From Chitinophagaceae bacterium (GTDB lineage: Bacteria > Bacteroidota > Bacteroidia > Chitinophagales > UBA10324): a stretch of DNA of 64,000 nucleotides. Below the pieces are notes generated by a model. That model was not told where the DNA came from. It was given only the letters and a program-made list of their open reading frames with translations, and did no database searches. The position numbers and the translations under genes were made by a program. Positions 9,158 through 19,737 of the stretch are shown piece after piece. Location of the stretch: contig JADJAG010000005.1 in NCBI GenBank assembly GCA_016704325.1, positions 135,860 to 199,859 on the forward strand. The letters run 5' to 3'. Position 1 is the stretch's first letter. Each line of letters starts with the position of its first letter.

Positions 9158-10149
9158 ATGGATACCAAAGTAGAATCTCTCGTAAAAATGTTTGGTGAAA
9201 ATGCCCTGACGGACATTGAAACCAACATTGAGCCGTTGATAAAAAAGTATTTTAATGCAGAGTGGGATGCTGTGTATCAACAGGAGTTTTTTACAAAGCA
9301 TTATGAACTGATTCGCGGTTACCGGAAGAAGCTGGATGAGCTGACGGGCAATGCGTTGAATACAAAGGAAAAGATTATTGCCGCATTGAGTTTCTGCTGG
9401 AAGGAAGCTAATTTCAATAAATCGGAGGCCACGATATTTTATTCAAAAATGGAATTATTTCACCGGCTGGTGAATGAAATGTTGAAGAACGAATGGACGC
9501 CGAAACAGCAGGAACACTTCAATACGGTTGCCGTGATATTCCGTGATTATCACAATTATTTTCTTTCCTATACCAACCATCTTTCGCAGGCCATCAACCA
9601 GGCATACAAGATTATCTATGAAGCGATTTTGAATAAGGAAGATTATTCCGGCGAAGATTTCAGCAAGCGCAACCTGCTGGCCAAAGCCTTTCACCGTTTC
9701 CTTCACCTGAAAAATATCCGCAAGGGTTTCTTCGACCTCGACTCCATCCGGCTGGCGCAGGGCATTGACGATAAAGTGACTGCCAATGCCAGCAAATCCA
9801 TAGCCTTTATTCAATTGATTTCCATGGCATCTTTTGAATACAATGAACCCAACTGGAGTTATATTGAATACCTGACGTATACAAAAGCAAGAGACGTTTT
9901 CAAACAGCAAAACGACCACCGTTCCGGTTTCTCTCCTTTACTTTTTATGTTTTCACAGAAAAGAATGCATTACCGCCTGAATCGCTGATCCCCGACGATT
10001 ATAAAGTTTGGTCTGCCTCCACGAATGAGAAGCTGCACTGCGATCTTACGGCTATCAATACCTACGAAGATTTTGTGAAGGAAATTGAAAGACTGATCAA
10101 TGCCATTATCAATTATAAATCTGAAATGGTGAATAGTATTCCGGATTGA
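9158..10149 (+). CDS. Helical N-terminal domain plus a TIR-like domain. As assembled it is frameshifted near the T-run 9950-9953, and the track ORF 9158..9988 continues in another frame to a TGA at 10147-10149.
   Basis: NYFLSYTNHL...KGFFDLDSIRLAQGIDDKVTANASKSIAFIQLISMASFEYNEPNWSYIEYL follows the TIR pattern F.SY...FfD...i..G..i...i..S...i.liS......W...E (the WSYIE codons are 9854-9868). The alternative frame reads FTEKNALPPESLIPDDYKVWSASTNEKLHCDLTAINTYEDFVKEIERLINAIINYKSEMVNSIPD*. The gene is AT-rich: my hand count of two lines gave about 33-35% GC. Confidence 0.55.
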
Positions 10150-10193
10150 AAGGAGGCAGCATGGGGGACTATTTTTATGTGCGCAGCCTCTTT

Positions 10194-10336
10194 AGTCATC
10201 GGATGACTATAATTCAATGTATTGATTGAGCAGTTTTACTTTAAGTCATCCGATGACTTTCGGCCGGTTGTAGTCATCGGATGACTTGTATTCAGTAGGT
10301 TGATTTTCCAAATTTGTTATAAGTCATCCGATAACT
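10194..10336. repeat. Four copies of the 15-bp palindrome AGTCATC[G/C]GATGACT, arranged as two tandem units of about 78 bp.
   Basis: The copies are at 10194-10208 (centre G), 10244-10258 (centre C), 10272-10286 (centre G) and 10322-10336 (degenerate, centre C). The spacings are 50, 28 and 50 bp. The inner segments are related (attcaatgtattgatt versus attcagtaggttgatt). Confidence 0.85.
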
Positions 10337-10376
10337 ATCATTGAGACAAGATGTAAGTAAAATTTGGAATAGGAAA

Positions 10377-11087
10377 CTAAATAAACTCCTCCACAGAAAT
10401 CTTCAATACCTCAAACGCTTTTTTAGCAGCCAATTTCTCCGCGTTTTTTTTATTCGTGTCTTCGCCTTCTCCGTATTCTTCTCCATCAATTATTGCCGCA
10501 ACTTTATACAAAGCACGATGGCGGTGACGGGAGTGGTTTTTACGGCGAAAGTGAGGAGCGTCCTGATTTCTGCGCCCATTCCAGCAGCTTGCTTTTATAA
10601 TTGAATTCGCTGATCTCCAACTCCCCGATATCGAGAAATGGTTTCACAATTTTTTTGATGATAAAATTGTGCGCGCTCTTATATCCTTTGTCGAGATAGA
10701 CTGCTCCTACCAGGGCTTCCAGCGCATTGCCGGTAAGTGACTTTTTATTGATCAAGGGATCTGCTGAACTATAGGAAAGATATAAGTCAATGCCCATCTT
10801 ATGAGAAACGGTCTTCAATTGGCTCCTGCTTACCATTTTTGAGCGGATATCAGTCAGGTAGCCTTCATCTTTGTAGGGGAATTTTTAAATAGGTAATCAG
10901 CTATTACGGCACCGAGTACGGCATCGCCTAAAAATTCGAGGCGTTCATTGCTTTCGTATATTTCTTCGGCAGAAGAACTGTGGCGAAAGGCCATTTCATA
11001 CAATAACAGGTTGGAAGGCGAAATGCCGGTGAGTTCCTTTACCTGCGAGTAGAACGCTTTCTTTCCTGAAAATAATCGTCGAATCAA
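10377..11087 (-). CDS. rnc: Ribonuclease III. As assembled it has at least two frameshifts.
   Basis: The signature [20 protein letters not shown] is present. Adding one base at the T5 run 10882-10886 restores [25 protein letters not shown]. The C-terminal dsRBD (...[45 protein letters not shown]) lies in a third frame that ends at the stop 10379-10377. Confidence 0.85.
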
Positions 11088-11116
11088 ACGAACGGCTTGT
11101 GTGGTATCCTAAAATG

Positions 11117-11149
11117 AAAAAACCCCGGCAGAAATAAATCCTGCCAGGG
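11117..11149 (-). terminator. Rho-independent terminator between fabF and rnc.
   Basis: The minus strand reads CCCTGGCAG-gatttattt-CTGCCGGGG followed by TTTTTT. The stem is 9 bp with one G-U pair. Confidence 0.6.
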
Positions 11150-11169
11150 TAAAAGGTAGAAAAAAATTA

Positions 11170-12426
<1,257 letters not shown>

Positions 12427-12438
12427 GTAAAATTCGGA

Positions 12439-12678
12439 TTAAGACTTTGCGTACTGCTCGATGTAAGCGATGGCCTGGCCAACTGAAGTGATAGTTTCAG
12501 CCTGCTCGTCAGGGATGGAGATATTAAACTCTTTCTCGAACTCCATGATCAACTCAACCGTGTCGAGAGAATCGGCACCAAGATCATTGGTAAAGGTTGC
12601 TTCAGGCGTAACCTCGCTTTCATCAACGCCTAATTTGTCAATGATGATCTTCTTAACTCTTGCTGCGATGTCTGACAT
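12439..12678 (-). CDS. acpP: Acyl carrier protein.
   Basis: The 79-aa product carries [16 protein letters not shown] with the phosphopantetheine Ser, and the gene lies immediately upstream of fabF. Confidence 0.95.
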   Translation of the reverse strand: MSDIAARVKKIIIDKLGVDESEVTPEATFTNDLGADSLDTVELIMEFEKEFNISIPDEQAETITSVGQAIAYIEQYAKS

Positions 12679-12840
12679 AAAAAATTATTGGTTTATGTGG
12701 ATTAATTTTTGGCAAAGTAAGGGATTTCAGTTTTTATACGCAATCTTTTGATCAATTATTTTCAGACACTTGTTTTGAGTCATTTTACTGTGAATACACT
12801 GAAGTAACAGGTATGCCGTATTGGTCAATGTCTCTACAAT

Positions 12841-13329
12841 TTGTTTAAGTCACTCCAATCGTGTAGGTTTGAAAGGCATCAGCCAACAAAAAGGGGAATA
12901 GCGAGTGTCGAAGAAAAAACAATTGCGCTCGAAGAGCAATTTACCGGACTTTTATGGGCCATTGTTGCACCGCTGAAGGAGTATCAGTTGGGATGGCATA
13001 TAAATAAAGTGCTGGGATTTGAACTGAAGAAGGCTGATGATATGGAACTGATACATAAGAAGCGCCATAAGACATCAGTTTACAGTTGTTACAAATACGA
13101 GAGTGAACTGGATAAATGGCTGGTGTACGTAGTTTCGAATAAAAATTCAGGCGAGTTCCTGGTACCTGAAGTGAGGCAGGCGGATTATTTTCTGATTATC
13201 CGTGGTGAAATTTCTGTGCAAAGGGAAGAGGAGCTGTTTGTTAAACTAAGGAGCATACCGGTTATTCAACTAGTAGTGAAGATGAACTTTGATCATTTGA
13301 AATCGAAGGCCAACCTGATGATTGATTAG
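12841..13329 (+). CDS. IPExxxVDY family protein. The start is uncertain: the track uses TTG and there is no in-frame ATG near the expected N-terminus.
   Basis: The motif LVPEVRQADYFLIIRG is present and the gene is divergent from acpP, which is the usual Bacteroidota context. Confidence 0.65.
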   Translation: MFKSLQSCRFERHQPTKRGIASVEEKTIALEEQFTGLLWAIVAPLKEYQLGWHINKVLGFELKKADDMELIHKKRHKTSVYSCYKYESELDKWLVYVVSNKNSGEFLVPEVRQADYFLIIRGEISVQREEELFVKLRSIPVIQLVVKMNFDHLKSKANLMID

Positions 13330-13362
13330 CTTATCAATAACTGCGAATTATTTATTGAATCT

Positions 13363-13541
13363 GTAACTACTCAGTAGATGAACATTTAAGAAATAGAACA
13401 CGGATAACACTGATCAAACGGATTCTTACGGATTTTTATCTGATCATTTGATAAGTGTGCTTTGAATGATCACTGTTATAATCTGTGGTTATCAGTTAAA
13501 TCTGTGTCATCCGTGTGCCATTTTTCTTTTCTGCTTAGTAG
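13363..13541. repeat. Dispersed intergenic repeat, family B (CACGGAT-word element), copy 1.
   Basis: Nearly the full length aligns to the reverse complement of 28944-29120. A shared stretch is ...ctactcagtagatgaa.atttaagaaatagaacacggataacactgatca.acggattc.tacggattt... tctgtgtcatccgtgtgcc. Confidence 0.8.
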
Positions 13542-13576
13542 ATCCTTGAATCTTAATACTGTTAAAACAAAAAAAT

Positions 13577-13816
13577 ATGTGGAAAGAACATGATAACAAA
13601 CTTCAAAGAACATTCCTGTTCAGCGATTTTGTGATGGCCTTTGGCTTTATGACAAAAGTTGCCCTGGTAGCGGAGAAAATGAACCATCATCCAAAATGGA
13701 CCAATGCCTGGAACAAGGTAGAAATAACACTTTCCACGCATGATGCCGGCGATGTGATAACAGAGAAGGATCGAGCGCTCGCCGATGCCATAGACAAAAT
13801 ATACGTTGATGAATGA
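13577..13816 (+). CDS. 4a-hydroxytetrahydrobiopterin (pterin-4-alpha-carbinolamine) dehydratase.
   Basis: The 79-aa product contains [41 protein letters not shown], the PCD signature. Confidence 0.85.
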   Translation: MWKEHDNKLQRTFLFSDFVMAFGFMTKVALVAEKMNHHPKWTNAWNKVEITLSTHDAGDVITEKDRALADAIDKIYVDE

Positions 13817-13874
13817 TTCTTTTGGCTAACTTTGAATTTAGCCGTTACTTGTGTAAATCGATCAAACTAATCTG

Positions 13875-15979
13875 TTGAAAGTTAAAATATACGCTGTACT
13901 ATTCCTGCTAGTCCTGGCTGCACTTTCAGCAAATGCACAATTGCCTGAACAGGATTGCAGCGGCGCGATACCGGTTTGTCAGAATGTGTATGTGCAACCG
14001 AACTCGTATGCAGGTGAAGCAACACAGGAATTGACTTTCGGTAATTCTTCCTGCCTTTCGCAGGGAGAAGAAAATTCCGTATGGTATATCTGGACGGTGA
14101 ACGTATCCGGAACGCTTGAATTTCAGATAACACCCATCAATAACAATGATGACTATGACTGGGCTGTGTATGATTTAACCAATGCCACCTGTGCTGATAT
14201 TATTACCGGGGTTGCACCGGAAGTACGCTGTAACTACTCCGCTATTCCCGGAGCAACCGGATTGTCAAATCCATATGTGCTTACTTCCGTAGGAGCAGGC
14301 GGGCCCAATCAATGTCAGCCGATGAATGTAGTGGTTGGCGAAACGTATGTGTTGGTCATCAACAATCACGACGGGCTTATCGGAGGTTATACCTTATCGT
14401 TTAGCGGAACGGCCGTTATATTCGACAATATTCCACCTGCACCTGTTTCCATAGATCCATTTCCTTGTACACCTCCTTCCGTTTTGCACATCACTGTTTC
14501 GGAACAGGTACGTTGCAATACGATTGCTGCTAATGGGAGTGATTTTTATGTGACAGGCCCTTCTGCAGTGGGCATTATCGGGGCATCTTCAACAGGCTGT
14601 GTTGGCGGAACATTTACCAATAATTTTGATGTGTTGCTGTCGGGACCCATTACTGTCAATGGCTCGTATGTCCTGAATTTCAAACAAGGTACTGATGGCA
14701 ACGTGATACTCGACAATTGCGGCAATGAATTGTCGGATACGAATAAGGTGCCCTTCACGGTAGCGATAGCTGATGCAGAGTTTAGTTATGAAATCATAAA
14801 AACCTGTACCGGCGATTCGCTTGTCTTCACCGACCTTTCTGTAGGTGATACTACCATTACCTGGTCGTGGGATTTTGGAGATGGTACTACATCAACAGAT
14901 ATTAATCCCGGCCATATGTTTCCGGGTACGGGTACTTTTGATATCATACTTGCCATTACGGATAGTGGCGGCTGTTTCAACCAGGATACTGTTACGATCA
15001 ATACTTATTTAGAGCCTCCGGTAGCAGGATTTTCTGTATCACCACCACCTTATTGCACCAATATTCCCATTTCTTTTTTCAACTCATCAACCGGGCAGGG
15101 GCTGGTATATGAATGGATTTTTGGAACTGCCACTACCAATGAGTTTGAACCGGTTTTCACATTCACCGCTTCCGGATTGTATACCGTTTACCTGGTGGTG
15201 ACGGACAGTATAGGATGTAAGGATACCGTTTCCGCCAACTTAACAATTAATCCCGGTGTAATTGCGGCTTTTAATTTTGAACCGGATGTATTATGCACCG
15301 GCGATATGATAACATTTAACAATGTTTCTGCCGGTGATTTTAGCGGCGTCCACTGGGATTTCGGAAATGGTACCACAGATACCAGTTCCACTGAAGTAAC
15401 TCTTGTTTACAACAGCAGCGGTACGTACGAGGTAACCATAATCATTCAGCATGATGTATGTCTGCCGGATACTTTTTCCGAGACGGTTACGGTATATGAC
15501 TATCCTTTTGTTACGTTGGGAGCCGATACCAGCATTTGCATCGGAGAATCAATTGTGCTGGATTCGGACAACCCAAATTACCAGCACGACTGGTCAACCG
15601 GTGAACAAACACAGGCTATTGTAGTGAGCCTGGTTCCTCAAACAGTAGTCGTATATGTAAGTAATAATGGTTGTATCGGTAAGGATACCATTTTTGTAGA
15701 AAATGCCTGTCCGTTTTTGTGCCCACAGCGTTTACTCCAAACAATGACGGTATCAATGATGTTTATAAAATTATTACCGATGGAACGAATGAATTTGATT
15801 TAAAGATCTTCAACCGTTGGGGGCAATTGGTTTATATTTCTTCCGATCCGGATGGCTATTGGGACGGTAATTTCGAAGGGTTACCGGAAGAGATGGGAGC
15901 GTTTATTTATTCGCTCAGCATCCGGTTCAGCAATGGCATATCAAGGGTTATGAATGGAAACATTACACTGATCAGGTAA
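13875..15979 (+). CDS. PKD-repeat cell-surface protein with a T9SS type B (gliding motility-associated C-terminal) sorting domain. As assembled it is frameshifted at the T5 run 15714-15718.
   Basis: The signal peptide is MKVKIYAVLFLLVLAALSANAQ. PKD cores WDFGDGTTS and WDFGNGTTD are present. Adding one T gives ENACPFFVPTAFTPNNDGINDVYKI...FNRWGQLVY...GNITLIR. Confidence 0.85.
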
Positions 15980-15988
15980 TTCTGGGTG

Positions 15989-16110
15989 CCCTTCGGCTGC
16001 GCTCAGGGTAAGCCCTTCGGCTCCGCTCAGGGTAAAGAAAATCCGGTCGCTGAGCGGAGCCGAAGCGCCGGATTTTCGGGAAGAACGAAATAAATTTTTG
16101 CACCCTTCGG
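15989..16110. repeat. REP-like cluster with the word CCCTTCGGCT(G/C)CGCTCAGGGTA twice direct, once inverted and once degenerate.
   Basis: The direct copies are 15989-16010 and 16013-16034. The inverted copy tcgctgagcggagccgaagcg is flanked by gaaaatccgg/ccggattttc. The cluster lies between the convergent genes ending at 15979 and 16163. Confidence 0.8.
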
Positions 16111-16162
16111 CTTAGCCTCTCAGCAACCTCTTATTTTTTGATATCAAATCAGCATCCAGGTA

Positions 16163-18151
16163 CTAACGTTTCCTGGTAAGATCCGTCAGATCTTCTTCCT
16201 GCATATTACCGATTCGTTTAAGCCTCAGATCGCGGGGAGGTGTAAGGATAAGCGGAATTTTTTCCAATGTTACAGTACTTGAATCCAATCCGAATTCACG
16301 GCCTTCCGACAACGATATTTTTTTAAGGAAGAAGTAAATGTCCATTACCAGTTTTTGCAGGAAGGGCAGTTCATTCTCAAATGAAAGAAATTTCTCCATC
16401 ACCACGAAACGGAAGTCGCCGGGCAACTGGTATTTGTTAAGTGATTCATAGCGGCTGGTGATATCCACCTCGCCACGTTCCACCATATCTTCAATCACCT
16501 TGCGGAGAAACAGGTTAACCCTTGGCTCAATTCTGAATCCCAGCCTGAAATCGATGCGGTAAGCAAGGTTGGGTTCCAACACATCCACTTCATACTCCAT
16601 GGTATAGGGCTCATCAATTACATCTACGTGCACAAACCAATAGGTATCGGCCCGCTTGGGTTGCTTCTTAAATATAGAAAAGAAAAATTTTGATTCTATC
16701 TGTGAAGGGTAGTTGGCACTGGTCATAAAGATGACATGCGATGCATACTTGGGAATACTCTGGTCTTCGCTTAATTCCGCCAGCTTCGGCAGCAGGTCTT
16801 TCATGGAATCGAATTCCAGGAAGCGGTTTTTTATTTTGCGTGCTTTGTACCAGGAGTACATCACAATAATGAAAGACAGCGCGGCGATGAGGGCAACATA
16901 TCCGCCATGCGGGAACTTGATCAGGTTGGCCACCAGGAAAAAGATCTCAATACAAAGAAAGGTGATGCCAATGGCAAGGGTAATGGTGTAAGAACCTCTT
17001 CTCACATAGGAGTAGGTGCTGATGAGGATGGTGGTAACAATCATGGTAAGATTGATGGCCAGTCCATAAGCCGCTTCCATGTATTTTGATTCGCCGAAAT
17101 ACAAAACAACACCAATGCAACCTGCATAAAGGATCCAATTGATAGAAGGTACATAAAGCTGGCCGCGGAGATCTGTTGGATGCACTACTCTTACCTTGGG
17201 CCAGAGGTTCAATCGCATGGCTTCGTTGATAAGGGTAAATGCACCGGTAATCATGGCCTGGCTGGCGATTACGGTTGCTACGGTGGCAATACCTATTCCG
17301 AAGATCAGGAACCATTCCGGCATAATACCATAAAAAGGGTTGGAGATAGGAAGGTCTACCTGTTTCAGACCCTGGTGTTGCATGAGCCAGGCAGCCTGCC
17401 CAAAATAGTTTAGCAGGAGACAGATCTTAACGAAGATCCAGCTAACGCGAATGTTATTTTTTCCGCAATGTCCCAGATCGGAATAGAGGGCATCGGCACC
17501 GGTAGTACACAAAAACACAGCACCCAGCAGCCAGAAGCCACCGGGATATTCTATTAATAACCTGATGGCATACATCGGGTTTAGTGCATGCAGAATTTCT
17601 GTGTGATCGATAATTTTACAGATGCCAAGAATGCCCAGCATCAGGAACCAAATGACCATAATAGGCCCGAAAGAACTTCCGACAATACGTGTTCCGGCAC
17701 GCTGAAACATGAATAGTATGGTGATGATAAATATGACAATGGGCACCGTATTGATCTCACTGTTCAGGTATCGCAATCCTTCTACAGCGGAAGAAACTGA
17801 GATGGCAGGCGTAATCATGCCATCAGCCAGCAAGGTAGAGCCGCCAATTATGGCCGGTATTACCAGCCATTTAGCTCTTTTTCTTACCAGGGCATATAAA
17901 GCGAAAACACCGCCTTCCCCTTTGTTGTCGGCACGTAAAACAAGGAGGATATACTTAAACGAAGTAATGAGCGTCATTGCCCAGAAAACACAGGAGATGC
18001 CACCGTAGATGAGGCTTTCTGTAATCGCCCTTTCTCCAATGATGGCAGACATCACATATAAAGGAGACGTACCGATATCTCCGAATACAATGCCAACGGT
18101 GATCAATAACATTCCGACAGAAATGCCGGATACCTGCTTACTGCTGCTCAC
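16163..18151 (-). CDS. kup: KUP/HAK/KT family potassium transporter.
   Basis: GDIGTSPLYV is present near the N-terminus, there are about 12 TM segments, and the product is 662 aa. Confidence 0.92.
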   Translation of the reverse strand: MSSSKQVSGISVGMLLITVGIVFGDIGTSPLYVMSAIIGERAITESLIYGGISCVFWAMTLITSFKYILLVLRADNKGEGGVFALYALVRKRAKWLVIPAIIGGSTLLADGMITPAISVSSAVEGLRYLNSEINTVPIVIFIITILFMFQRAGTRIVGSSFGPIMVIWFLMLGILGICKIIDHTEILHALNPMYAIRLLIEYPGGFWLLGAVFLCTTGADALYSDLGHCGKNNIRVSWIFVKICLLLNYFGQAAWLMQHQGLKQVDLPISNPFYGIMPEWFLIFGIGIATVATVIASQAMITGAFTLINEAMRLNLWPKVRVVHPTDLRGQLYVPSINWILYAGCIGVVLYFGESKYMEAAYGLAINLTMIVTTILISTYSYVRRGSYTITLAIGITFLCIEIFFLVANLIKFPHGGYVALIAALSFIIVMYSWYKARKIKNRFLEFDSMKDLLPKLAELSEDQSIPKYASHVIFMTSANYPSQIESKFFFSIFKKQPKRADTYWFVHVDVIDEPYTMEYEVDVLEPNLAYRIDFRLGFRIEPRVNLFLRKVIEDMVERGEVDITSRYESLNKYQLPGDFRFVVMEKFLSFENELPFLQKLVMDIYFFLKKISLSEGREFGLDSSTVTLEKIPLILTPPRDLRLKRIGNMQEEDLTDLTRKR

Positions 18152-18318
18152 TCAGTATTATTTGCGGCCAAAGGTAATTGGAATGTTAACATTGATAATA
18201 GGGTAACGCTACTATTCTTTTTCAAAACCACTGCATCATTAAAAATGGGTTAACGACCACTGATCGGCTGTCGAAGTATTTTAACACTAAAGTAAATGTA
18301 AGGCAATTTGTAAATCGC

Positions 18319-19737
18319 TTAGAAACCATAAACCACGCCAATATTCCATCCCAACCAATAAGGATGTGCAGATACAGGAATTTCAGAAAGCGTGACACTG
18401 GTGAGGTAATATTTAAACTGAAGACCTGTGGTGATTTTGAAATGATTGGAAATCGTATGGTAATAGTTAAGTCCTGCTAATCCGGTAAGCTGGTAATTGT
18501 GAAAGACAGGAGGCTGCTGTTCATTCTTGAAAAAGGAAGTATTCACAATGCTGGCTTCTCCGTTTCCGGGTACACTAAGGGTATATTTCATGAAGTGGGA
18601 GACCCCTGCACCGGTGCTTAATGAAAACCGGCTTAACGGATGGTTATAAAAAAACCATTCCCCTTTCAGCGACCAATCGAGCCAGCTATAACGGGCAGAC
18701 GCTAGCGTTTCGGATGAATTAGCTGCTGTAGTCGGGCCGCCTCCGGAATTGTTCACCGATCCAAATTCTGTGGCATAGAAGTCCTGCAGTCCGGATTGCA
18801 GCACCTGGTTTTTTTCTCCTGTTTTTGAAAAATGGAACCCTGTACTGAGTGCGAATCTCTCGGAAATTCGGTAGCTGCCACTGATACCGGTAGAGAAGCC
18901 GATGAGTGGTTTACTGTTGGATTGGTTGAGGCTTGAAACTGAATCAGCCATCAATTGATCAGAGGATGTTAATCCAAGCCCTGACTGATTACCATAGTTG
19001 ATCCAGGAGATCAAAGGAGTTATTTCGCCGCTGATACTGAAGCGGGAAGGCTTAAAACTTGGTATGGGAATTTGATTTGCTGATGGCTGCAAAACAGCAA
19101 CCGGATTTTCATAAGCAAGCTTACTTTCTGAAGGGGGCAATGGTTCAATGGCCATTATTGATAGATTGTTGTTGTCTTGCTGCTGTGGTGATGCTTGTGA
19201 CGGATCAGCAGCCTGAATGTATTTAAAAGTAAGTGATCCGTTTTCTGCCTTATCAGGAATAGCAGCATCTTTAGAAGTAACAGATTTAAGTATTGCGGAA
19301 GCACCTTTCAATCCGGTAGTGGTGGTTACTTTTTTATGGATGGGTGCCGCTTCTTTTTCTGCAGCAGGTAACAAAGGTTTTGTTTCATTAACCTGTAGCG
19401 CTGTTTCAGGATTATGCGAAGGTTCCTTTTCAGTAATTATGGATTGTTTATCGGGAAGCGGTATTTCCTTTGAAGTTGTTTCTTGGTCTGTAATTTCAGT
19501 GATTGTTGCAGTTTTTTTAACATCGGTATCCGATAAAAAATACAGCGTAGCAGAACCGGCGCCGATCAATAATCCGACTGCAGCAGCCCATAGCCAGAGG
19601 TAACGTTTTTTATGTTTATTGCTTTGTAATGAATTACTCACGGCAGTCCATACGCCGGCAGTTGGCTTTAATTGAAAGCCATCCGCTTTTTCACGCAAAA
19701 GCTTTTCAAAATTATTTTCCAGATCCTGTTCTTCCAT
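18319..19737 (-). CDS. Anti-sigma-like single-pass protein with a low-complexity linker and a C-terminal outer-membrane-beta-barrel-like domain.
   Basis: It overlaps the stop of the upstream ECF sigma gene. The TM segment is YLWLWAAAVGLLIGAGSATLYFL, and the C-terminus has alternating beta-strand patterns and ends in ...VVYGF. Confidence 0.55.
   Translation of the reverse strand: MEEQDLENNFEKLLREKADGFQLKPTAGVWTAVSNSLQSNKHKKRYLWLWAAAVGLLIGAGSATLYFLSDTDVKKTATITEITDQETTSKEIPLPDKQSIITEKEPSHNPETALQVNETKPLLPAAEKEAAPIHKKVTTTTGLKGASAILKSVTSKDAAIPDKAENGSLTFKYIQAADPSQASPQQQDNNNLSIMAIEPLPPSESKLAYENPVAVLQPSANQIPIPSFKPSRFSISGEITPLISWINYGNQSGLGLTSSDQLMADSVSSLNQSNSKPLIGFSTGISGSYRISERFALSTGFHFSKTGEKNQVLQSGLQDFYATEFGSVNNSGGGPTTAANSSETLASARYSWLDWSLKGEWFFYNHPLSRFSLSTGAGVSHFMKYTLSVPGNGEASIVNTSFFKNEQQPPVFHNYQLTGLAGLNYYHTISNHFKITTGLQFKYYLTSVTLSEIPVSAHPYWLGWNIGVVYGF

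Noticed and set aside
3683-10149. Reading the split ORFs of the island as evidence that the system is decaying into pseudogenes.
   Set aside because: The same kind of single-base homopolymer frameshift interrupts nrdA, rnc and two T9SS cargo genes elsewhere in the window. Sequencing or assembly error is therefore the more economical explanation. This needs read-level confirmation.
10341-10604. The plus-strand 87-aa ORF between the island and rnc.
   Set aside because: The opposite strand encodes the recognisable dsRBD of RNase III (…[30 protein letters not shown]…). The plus-strand ORF is its shadow.
16713-18206. Multiple overlapping alternative-frame ORFs inside kup. Similar ones occur inside the A2M gene, the adhesin and the M1-permease gene.
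   Set aside because: All of them sit within long ORFs that carry clear family signatures on one strand or frame, and their own products are compositionally odd (rich in His, Cys and Arg). They are shadow ORFs.
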